Below, piece after piece: positions 1-10,380 of a stretch of 64,000 nt of DNA (its first letter is position 1; every line of letters begins with the position of its first letter). The DNA is from Amphiscolops sp. MND2022 (Eukaryota): the NCBI GenBank assembly GCA_964187785.1, contig OZ076409.1, positions 72,232,001-72,296,000 on the forward strand, read 5' to 3'. A model generated the notes under the pieces. It was not told the DNA's origin, made no database searches, and worked only from the letters and a program-made list of their open reading frames with translations. Made by a program: the position numbers and the translations under genes.

Positions 1-580
1 ATGCCGTTTAGCACATCTTTTTTATCTTAACTTGACATTGACTTATTTCGTTTTGAATGTGATGTTAGGATATATGAAGCATGTTAAAAGTTGAAGTTTT
101 GAGTCTTTATCTCATCGGAAAACCATTGAGATACAAGCAGTTTTGCTAAAAACGATTTTCATTGTAGGTTAGCAGAGTATTAGTACACTTTGATGTCATT
201 TGAGTATATTTTTCTTCTATATAATAACTGTTTTTATGTATTTATTCCAATTTATCTCATCTTTTAACATCAAGCAGTTGAGTACATTTCATCTCCCTTT
301 CGGGGGAGATGAGAATGTACTCGCTAAAAACCTAATGCTATGGCGCCAATGTTTGGATGGGAAGTTTTCTATGCTTTGAAAAAAGTTATTTTTAATTACT
401 TGATTTTTTAAAACAATAATTAACATGAAGTACATTACTTGCTCCTACTACTACCACCATACATCTCTAACGTCAACGCCCCCTGCTTGCATCAACGCCC
501 CATCGTCCGTGGGCATGCCGAGGCATGCCCTTCGACGACGTATGCCAAATGCCCAGTGCCACGCAGTCTTTTCCCGCTAG
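1..580 (+). repeat. Unit U0, family B, partial (3' part)
   Basis: Near-identical to 1284-1860; H2 hairpin at 280-322, core at 511-530, CTAG at 577. Confidence 0.9.
280..322 (+). other. Hairpin H2 (families B, E, F; representative)
   Basis: GAGTACATTTCATCTCCC-loop-GGGAGATGAGAATGTACTC, ~18-20-bp stem with one bulged base on the 3' arm. Confidence 0.75.
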
Positions 581-1860
581 GTGGCCGTGTCTTTTCGACG
601 TGCTTTTGCATTGAGGAGTGGGTAGGGCCCCGCGACGACCTAGAAGAATTGGATGCTCACCGAAACGTGCAGAATTCTACGAGATCTCATAGTTTGAGCC
701 ATACGATTTTTCTGAAATTTGGCATGTGGCCTGGAATTGGTGAGTAGGTAAAACGTGTAGAAGGTAATTTTTCCCAAATTCCACTGTGAGAGGAGATATG
801 GGCAAATAACGGACCCAAAAATGGCAAAAATGCACATTTTTCAACTTTGTCAGCCAATATCTCTTTTCCAGGTGCCCATAGCGTTCCGCACGTGGACGTC
901 AATATTGCTCAGCGCTGTTGGAGGAGTGCGTGGACAAATTTTGGTTTGAATCGGACTGAAACTTGACGAGAAATTAACGGTTTTTTGGGCGTTTCCGGGG
1001 TAAATTTTTTAACGGTCCAGCTTATCTTTGCCATTTTTTCGAAAATGTACATGCCTAAAGGCCTCCCCCTGGCCGAATTTACTCCCAGCAAACCCATTTG
1101 GCCCTAAATACGGAGTTTCAGCGTTCCAGCATTCCGGGGCGGAAAGTTGTGGGACTTGGAAAAATTTCAAAATTTTTTCAAAATTTTTTTTTCCCGTTTT
1201 CCGGGCCCCCAATGAAGGGGAACGACCCCCCAACCAGTATTTTGAGTGAATTCATGTGGAACGCCCATGTTTGGAGGAGAAAAATGCCGTTTAGCACATA
1301 TTTTTATCTTAACTTGACATTGACTTATGACGTTTTGAATGTGATGTTAGGATATATGAAGCATGTTAAAAGTTGAAGTTTTGAGTCTTTATCTCATCGG
1401 AAAACCATTGAGATACAAGCAGTTTTGCTAAAAACGATTTTCATTGTAGGTTAGCAGAGTATTAGTACACTTTGATGTCATTTGAGTATTTTTTTCTTCT
1501 ATATAATAACTGTTTTTATGTATTTATTCCAATTTATCTCATCTTTTAACATCAAGCAGTTGAGTACATTTCATCTCCCTTTCGGGGGAGATGAGAATGT
1601 ACTCGCTAAAAACCTAATGCTATGGCGCCAATGTTTGGATGGGAAGTTTTCTATGCTTTGAAAAAAGTTATTTTTAATTACTTGATTTTTTAAAACAATA
1701 ATTAACATGAAGTACATTACTTGCTCCTACTACTACCACCATACATCTCTAACGTCAACGCCCCCTGCTTGCATCAACGCCCACCGTCCGTGGGCATGCC
1801 GAGGCATGCCCTTCGACGACGTATGCCAAATGCCCAGTGCCACGCAGTCATTATCGCTAG
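581..1860 (+). repeat. Unit U1, family B (1280 bp)
   Basis: Starts GTG; B-family block CCTAAAGGCCTCCCC...GTTGTGGGACTT at 1054-1157; H2 hairpin at 1562-1604; core at 1792. Confidence 0.9.
1792..1821. promoter_or_regulatory. Conserved core palindrome / p53-family-like response element (representative of 29 copies)
   Basis: GGGCATGCCG|AGGCATGCCC matches 2 x RRRCWWGYYY with no spacer at 19/20 positions; followed by invariant TTCGACGACG. Function is inferred from motif match only. Confidence 0.5.
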
Positions 1861-1893
1861 GTGCGGGGGGGAAACCCCAACAAAATTTTTGGA

Positions 1894-1917
1894 GGATTCG
1901 GGTAGGGTCCTGAATCC
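1894..1917 (+). other. Left-end stem-loop with TAGGGT-type loop (representative)
   Basis: GGATTCGGG-TAGGGT-CCTGAATCC; stem sequence changes between families while pairing is kept. Confidence 0.75.
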
Positions 1918-3371
1918 GAGTTCAGTGCTGCCAGCTTTCGTTAAGAAAATTTGGATAGGATTCGGGATCTCGTGATCTAACCATAGGATTTTAAAGTTGG
2001 AGCGGCCCCCACCAGATTTTCCGAAAATTAGCGCCCCCCACCGGGTTCCATACCCCGGAAAATTTTTTTCTGGCCACACGGGCGACCGTTAGGGGGTCAT
2101 TTTAGGGGTAAAATTCATATTGGGCCACATAACTTTTTTTCTGTTGATTTAAAACTTTGGGACCCTGCTAAAAGTTTCTTGACCGTGTTGCAAGGGCTCC
2201 GGAGGTCCAAACCAAATTTTTCTAGCTTGAAGCTATCTCCAAGTACCCCCCCGCCCAAAACGTTATTTTTCCGGAAACGCAGGTTTTTGACCCGGAAGGA
2301 GTCGTCTGAGCGCGGGGTCGTTAGGTGATGTATTGGGGACGGCCTTGAGACGAAGTGGGGGACATGTAGTTTGTCAACCTCAGTTTACCCCCCAGACAGG
2401 AAATGACCGTTATATGAGCGGGAAAATTGCCCCCCTCCACGTTTTACCGCTATTTCCGGTGTGAAGGAGTGGGAGTAGCGCGTCGGGTGTTAAATAAAAA
2501 AAGTAGGTTTAGACAAGAAACTATCGGAAACATGTAGTTTGGGACCCCCTGGTCCAACCCGTTAGCGGGAAATGGGACTTCCGCCTCCTTTTTTTACTGC
2601 TAAAACCATAAAATGGGCATTGAGGGGTAAATATCTCGTGAACGCGTGGAGCAATCGTGTCCATCACTACTACAAGGTTTCATACCCATGATATGGTGCC
2701 TTCAGGGGGGCAAACAGATTTCCGCTATCTATCACCGTTACCGACTTGGCCCCCCAGCCTAACCGCTATGTGACCGGAAATGTCCATTTTTGAGCCCAAA
2801 GGGTCGGTCCCAGCCGGGGAACGTTAGGTAACTTATTGTAGTACTCAATGAGACGAGTTTGGGGATATAGTTTCAGTCACCCCCCGTTACCCCTTGGGAC
2901 CGGAAATGACCGTTATGTGGGTAAAATTGCAATTTTTATACTTTTTCAAGTGTATTTAGGTGCGGAAGGAGTGGTAATAGGTGCTTGGACACTATATGAG
3001 GTAAGGGAGGACGTGAGGCGAGCATTCGGAAATAACCGTTATGTTGACCCTAAAGTCCCCCTGGTACCGTAAACGACCGGAAATGGTCAAATTTTGTGTC
3101 TATTGGTTACAAATGTTTAGTATTTTGTAGATAAAAGTATCTATTAGGTGTTTCGACGGTCTGCAATAGTGAACATAGTCATGAAACCTTGTGGGGGGTA
3201 ACGGTATATAGCACCGGAAGTCCAAACCGTTGGAGACAGGATGAGTTTTTTGGTTTTAAAATGTCTTTCGGTGTTCCTTTGTCGACTATTAAGGACTATT
3301 TTTAAAAATTAAAGTTTTTCCATATAGTTTCAGAGACTCCGAAACCTCAACCAACATAACCGTTACATTTT

Positions 3372-3415
3372 GATAGCCTTTCAAGTTGGCCTGGTGTCAA
3401 CTTGGAAGCGCTATC
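3372..3415 (+). other. Hairpin H1 (families A, C, D; representative)
   Basis: GATAGCCTTTCAAGTTGGC-loop-GTCAACTTGGAAG(G/C)GCTATC, ~19-bp imperfect stem. Confidence 0.75.
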
Positions 3416-6400
3416 CTTCTGAAATCGTTAATCAAGAGTGTTTTTGGGTAGGTATATATTGCATTAGTACCAATTAGAGCTTCATCAACAGTGTATCAAC
3501 GACAAAAACTATGCCGTCATGATTCCGTTATTAGAATCATAGTGAGCAAATTGTTGAAAAAAATGGTTTTTTCCATACAAAATGTGTCCTAAATGCCAGG
3601 AAACCTATTTACCTAACAAATGGTATTAATTGGAATGTATGTAACAGATTTATAAAAGTTCAAATTGAATATTACATTTCATTATGGAAGCTGAAACGTC
3701 ATATTTTAGTTTAATTAACGTCAACGCCACACACTTTACATCAACGCACACCGTCTGTGGGCATGCCGAGGCATGCCCTTCGACGACGTATGACAAATCC
3801 ATATCAAACGACGCCCGTACATCCCGGGCTAGGTGCGGGGGGGTAACCCCAACAAATATATTGGAGGATTCGGGTAGGGTCCTGAATCCGATTTTAACTC
3901 TAATAGCTATCGATAGGAAATCTTGCAAAAATTTCGGGATCTCGTGATCTAACCATAGGATTTTAAAGTTGGAGCGGCCCCCACCAGATTTTCCAAAATT
4001 ATTCGCCCCCCACCGGGTTCCAGCGTGATTGAAATATTTTGTCGGGGTACACGGGCGACCGTTAGGGGTCATTTTGGGGGTAAAATTTATAAAAGTTCGC
4101 ATAACTTTTTTCCTGTTGGTTTAAAACTTTAGGACCCTGCTAAAAGTTTCTTGACCATGTTGCAGGGGCCCCGGAGGTCCAAACCAAATTTTTCTATCTT
4201 GAAGCTATCTCCAAGTACCCCCCCGCCCAAACCGTTATTTTTCCGGAAATGCCGGTTTTTGACCCGGAAGGAGTCGTCTGAGCGCGGGATCGTTAGGTGA
4301 TGTATTGGGGACGGCCTTGAGACGAAGCGGGGGATATATAGTTTGCCGACCCCAGTTTACCCCCCGGACCGGAAATGACCGTTATATGAGCGGGAAAAAT
4401 GCCCCCCTCCACGTTTTACCGCTATTTCCGGTGTGAAGGAGTGGGAGTAGCGCGTCGGGTGCCATACATCAAAAGTAGGTTTAGACAAGGACCTATCGGA
4501 AACATGTAGTTTGGGACCCCCTGGTCCAACCCGTTAGCGGGAAATGGGGCTTCCGCCTCCTTTTTTTACTGCTAAAACCGTAAAATGGGCATTGAGGGGT
4601 AAATATCTCGTGAACGCGTGGAGCAATCGTGTCCATCACTACTACAAGGTTTCATACCCATGATATGGTGCCTTCAGGGGGGCAAACAGATTTCCGCTAT
4701 CTATCACCGTTACCGACTTGGCCCCCCAGCCTAACCGCTATGTGACCGGAAATGTCACTTTTTGAGCCCAAAGGGTCGGTCCCAGCCGGGGAACGTTAGG
4801 TAACTTATTGTAGTACTCAATGAGACGAGTTGGGGGATATAGTTTCAGTCACCCCCCGTTACCCCTTGGGACCGGAAATGACCGTTATGTGGGTAAAATT
4901 GCAATTTTCATACTCTTTGAAGTGCATTTAGGTGCAGAAGGAGTGGTAATAGGTGCTTGGACACTATATGAGGTAAGGGAGGACGTGAGGCGAGCATTCG
5001 GGAATAACCGTTATGTTGACCCCAAAGTCCCCCTGGTACCGTAAACGACCGGAAATGGTCAAATTTTGTGTCTATTGGGTACAAATGTTTGGTATTTTAT
5101 GGATAAAAGTACCTGGAAGGTGTTTTAAAGGCCTCCAGAATTGAACATAGTCATGAAACCTTGTGGGGGGTAACGGTATATAGCACCGGAAGTCCAAACC
5201 GTTGGTCACAGAATAGGTTTTTTGGTTTCAAAATGTTTTTAGGCATAGTTTTGTGGGTTGAATCGTCATAATATCAACTAATACGGACTTTTTTTCGGAA
5301 ATAAATTTTTTTCACATTAGTTTCAGGGACCTCCAATGCTTCAGTCAACATAACCGTTACATTTTGATAGCCTTTCAAGTTGACCTGGTGTCAACTTGGA
5401 AGGGCTATCCTTCTAAAATTGTTAATCAAGAGTGTTTTTGGGTAGGTATATGTTGCATTAGTACCAATTAGAGCTTCATCAACAGTTTGCCAACGGCAAA
5501 AACGATGTCGTGATAATTCCGTTATAAAAATATTAGTTAACAAATTGTTTTCAAAGTTGATTTTTTCCATTAAAAATGTGTCCTAATGCCACCAAATTGA
5601 ATAAAATGGTATTGACTAAAACTAAATAACAATGAAAAAGAAGATCAACATTTTTATTAGGTCTCATTATGGAAGCTGAAACCTCACGTTTTAGTTTAAT
5701 TAACGTCAACGCCACATACTTTACATCAACGCCCACAGTCTGTGGGCATGCCGAGGCATGCCCTTCGACGACGTATACCAAACAACCTCCATATCTACAC
5801 CCACCCGCGGTAGCAGCTAGGTGCGGGGGGGTAACCCCAACTTTTTTCTTGGAGGAATCGGGTAGGGTCCTGATTCCGAGTTCAGTGCCGCCAGCTATCG
5901 TTAAAAACCTATACCTTTTAAACCCGATCTCGGGAACTAACCACGCCCCTTCTTTAATTTTTTGGCCCCCACTCACTTTTTGATAGTAGATTGCCCCCCA
6001 CTGGGTTCCAAGTTGGGCAAAAATGGAGATCATGGGTAACGGGGACCGTTAAGGGGTAACTCAGGGGGTAAAATTTATTTTTTGCGTCATATCTTTTCCC
6101 CCCGTGGATTTAGCGCTTCCGGTCAGCAGACAAAACCTCATGTACGTGATACGGGGCCTCCATAGGTCCAAACAAAATTTTTCTATCATGCACCGTTACG
6201 GACTTGGCCCCCCGGCCCAACCGTTATTTTACCGGAAATTGCACTTTTTGACCGGGAAGGAGTCGTCTGAGCACGGAGTCGTTTGGTAATGTTTTGTAGT
6301 GCATCTGGAGACGTGTTGGGGGACATGTAGTTTTCCGGCCCCAGTTTACCCCCCGGACGGGAAATGACCGTTATGTGAGTTTTAAAACTACCCCCCTTCA

Positions 6401-7807
6401 ATTTTCCCCGTTATTTCCGGTGTGAAGGAGTGGGAGTAGCGCGTCGGGTGCCATATATCAAAAGTAGGTTTAGACAAGGACCAACCGGAAACTTGTGGTT
6501 TGGGACCCCCTGACCCAACCCGTTAGCCGTTATAAGGGTGATCGCCTCCTTTTTTTACTCTCAAAACCGGAAAACGGGCATTGAGGGGTAAATATCTCGT
6601 GAACGCGTGGAGCAATCGTGTCCATCACTACTACAAGGTTTCATACCCATGATATGGTGCCTTCAGGGGGGCAAACAGATTACCGCTATCTATCACCGTT
6701 ACCGACTTGGCCCCCCAGCCTAACCGCTATGTGACCGGAAATTGCACTTTTTGAGCCCAAAGGGTCGATCCTAGCCGGGCAACGTTAGGTAACTTATTGT
6801 AGTACTCATTGAAACGAGTTGGGGGACATAGTTTCAGTCACCCCCCGTTACCTCTTAGGACCGGAAATGACCGTTATGAGGGTAAAATTGCAATTTTTAT
6901 ACATTTTGAAGGGCATTTAGGTGCGGAAGGAATGGTAATAGGTGCTTGGACACTATATGATGTAATGGAGGTCGTGAGGAGAGCATTCGGAAGTAACCGT
7001 TACGTTGACCCCAAAGTCCCCCTGGTACCGTTAACAACCGGAAATGGCCAAATTTTGTGTTTATAGGGTACAAATGTTTGGTATTTTATGGATAAAAGTA
7101 CCTGGAAGGTGTTTTAAAGGCCTCCAGAAGTGAACACAGTCATGAAACTTTGTGGGGGGTAACGGTATATAGCACCGGAAGTCCAAACCGTTGGTCACAG
7201 AATAGGTTTTTTGGTTTCAAAATGTCTTTAGGCGTAGTTTTGTGGGTTGAATCGTCATAATATCAACTAATACGGACTTTTTTCGGAAATAAAATTTTTT
7301 CACATTAGTTTCAGGGACCTCCAATGTTTCAGTCAACATAACCGTTACATTTTGATAGCCTTTCAAGTTGGCCTGGTGTCAACTTGGAAGGGCTATCCTT
7401 CTAAAATCGTTAATCAAGAGTGTTTTTGGATAGATATATGTTGCATTAGTTTCAATTAGAGCTTCATCAACAGTTTGCCAACGGCAAAACAATGTCGTGA
7501 TAATTCCGTTATATTAATTAACAAATTGATTCCAAAGTTGATTTTTTCCATTCGAAATGTGTCCTAATGCCACCAAATTGAATAAAATAATAAATGGTAT
7601 TGACTAAACCTAAATAACATTGAAAAAGAAGCTCAACATTTTTAATAGGTCTCATTATGGAAGCTGAAACCTCACGTTTTAACTTAATTAACGTCAACGC
7701 CACATACTTTACATCAACGCCCACCGTCTGTGGGCATGCCGAGGCATGCCCTTCGACGACGTATACCAATTACATATATATCTACACCCACCCGCGGTAG
7801 CAGCTAG

Positions 7808-10380
7808 GTGCCGGGATTTCTATTCGTTCGAGTATGTGGCGCGTGTGGGTAGGGCCCCTGGCGCGCTCTTTTATTTCGGGTACACCTACTCCAAATTCAC
7901 GATGTGATTTCGACGATCTCGTAAACTAGCCACACGATTTGGCTGAAATTTGGCACACGTACCCCCCTCGGCACGGTGAAGATGATTTCCTACTGACGTT
8001 TTTCCCGCTAAACATTTTTTGTTGACCAAAATAACGGTTTTTGGGGTAAAATTTTCAACTTTTTTCAAATTTTATCTTATATCTCGCTACAGGTACACGC
8101 TAGCGCTTCCAAACCTTGCTGACGAAAGTTTGCAAACTGTCTCAGGAATGCTGTGTGAAATTTTTAGCTCAATCGGACTTAAACTCGAGGAGATATAGCG
8201 TTTTTCCGGAGCGGGGGGGTTTCATTTTTCTAACGGTCCAGCTTATCTTTGCCATTTTTTCGAAAATGCACTCGCCTAAAGGCCTCCCCTGGCCGGTTTT
8301 ATTCCCAGCAAAACCATTTGGCCCTAAATACGGAGTTTCAGCGTTCCAGCATTCCCGGGCGAAAAGTTGTGGGACTTAGAAAATTTCAAAAATTTTCAAA
8401 AATTTTTTTTTCCGTTATTTGGGCCCCCAAAGTGGGGGAAAAGACCCCCCAACCAGTAAAGCAAGTGAATGCATGTGCAAAGCCCTTGTTTAGAGGAGAA
8501 AAATGCCGTTTAGAACGTCTTTTTATCTTGGCTCAACGTTGACTTATGACGTTTTGAAGGTGATGTTTGGAGGTGTAAATCACGTGAATAGTAAACGTTA
8601 TGAGTATTTATCTGATCTGAAAGCCATTGAGATGCAATATGGTTTGCTCAAATCGTAATTCATGGCAGTTTGGCAATCAATCAACACCCTTTGTTGTCGT
8701 TTGACATACTTTTTTGTTGTTATAATAAAAATTTTGTGTATTTGTTCATTTTTTTCTCATCAAATAACTTGAAACAGTTGAGTACATTCCATCCCCCCTT
8801 CCGGGGGAGATGAGAATGTACTCGCAAAAAGCAGCGAATTACGGCCCTTACCTTCCCGAGCTACGCAGTATAAGGATTACATATTGGTTCCGACATTTTC
8901 ATAGAGTTAAATCTTGGTAATCTGTCTGGATATGCAGAAAAATCAGCACGTGCCTTTTAATACCAAGTTGCTCACAACGACAATTATTTTATATCAACGC
9001 CCCCATATTTATCAACGCCCCCCGTCCGTGGGCATGCCGAGGCATGCCCTTCGACGACGTATACCAAGATATGCGTTAACGCGTTAGCCTAGGTGCCGGG
9101 ATTTCTATTCGATAAAGTATGTGGCGCGTGTGGGTAGGGTCCCTGGCGCGCTCTTGGGTATGGTGTTCACCAGCTAGGAAATAGGGGTCGATTTTTCGGG
9201 ATCTCCTAAACTAGCCACACGATTTGGCTGAAATTTGGCACACGTACTCCCCTCGGCATGGTGAAGATGATTTCCTACTAGCGTTTTGCTCGCAAAATTT
9301 TTTTTGTTGTCCAAAATAACGGTTTTTGGGGTAAAAATTTGAATTTTTTTTAAATTTTATCTTATATCTCGCCACGGGTTTACGCTAGCCGCGCCGCACC
9401 TTGCTAAGCTTATTTTGCAAACTGTCTCAGGAATGCTGTGTGAAATTTTCAGCTCAATCGGACTTAAACTCAGGGAGATATAGCGTTTTTCCGGAGCGGG
9501 GGGGTTTCATTTTTCTAACGGTCCAGCTTATCTTAGCCATTTTTTCGAAAATGTACTCGCCTAAAGACCTCCCCTGGCCGGTTTTATTCCCAGCAAAACC
9601 ATTTGGCCCTAAATACGGAGTTTCAGCGTTCCAGCATTCCCGGGCGAAAAGTTGTGGGACTTAGAAAAGTTCAAAAATTTTCAAAAAATTTTTTTTCCGT
9701 TTTCTGCCCTCCCCCCCTAGGGGAAAAGACCCCCCAACCAGTAATTTGAGTGAATTCATGTGGAAAGGCCATGTTTAGAGGAGAAAAATCCCGTTTAGAT
9801 CGTCTTTTTATCTTTATTCAACGTTGACTTATGACGTTTTGAAGGTGATGTTTGGAGGTGTGAAGCACGTGAAAAGTAAACGTTATGAGTATTTATCTGA
9901 TCTGAAAGCCATTGAGATGCAACCTGTTTTGCTCAAAACGTAATTCATATCAGTTTGGTAGTCAATCAACACCCTTTGTTGTCATTTGACATCTTTTTTT
10001 GTTGATATAAGAAAAAATTTCGTGTATTTATTCATTTTTTTCTCATCAAATAACTTGAAACAGTTGAGTACATTCCATCCCCCCTTCACGGGGGAGATGA
10101 GAATGTACTCGCAAAAAGCCCCGAACTACGGCCCTTACCTTCCTGAGCTACGCAGTATAAAGATTGCATATTGGTTCCGACATTTTGATAGAGTTATATC
10201 TTGGTAATCTGTCTGGGTATGCAGAAAAACAAGCACGTGCTTTTTTATACCAAGTTGCTCACAACGACATTTATTTTATATCAACGCCCCCATATTTATC
10301 AACGCCCACCGTCCGTGGGCATGCCGAGGCATGCCCTTCGACGACGCGCACCAAAATATTCCCCGAGCGCGTTAGCCTAG
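7808..10380 (+). repeat. Two family-B units: U5 7808-9092 (1285 bp), U6 9093-10380 (1288 bp)
   Basis: Similar to each other; both start GTGCCGGGATTTCTATTC; share the B block and H2 hairpin with U1; cores at 9030, 10317. Confidence 0.9.

Larger units (their letters stand above)
1861..7807 (+). repeat. Three family-A units: U2 1861-3832 (1972 bp), U3 3833-5820 (1988 bp), U4 5821-7807 (1987 bp, divergent A' subtype)
   Basis: Colinear ~2-kb repeats starting GTGCGGGGGGG; H1 hairpin (e.g. 3372-3415); cores at 3759, 5744, 7732. Confidence 0.92.

Noticed and set aside
577..583. Canonical Helitron assignment from the CTAG ends
   Set aside because: Units start with GTG rather than TC, there is no A|T target, and no consistent hairpin ~11 nt before CTAG in all families. 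Kept only as a mechanistic analogy.
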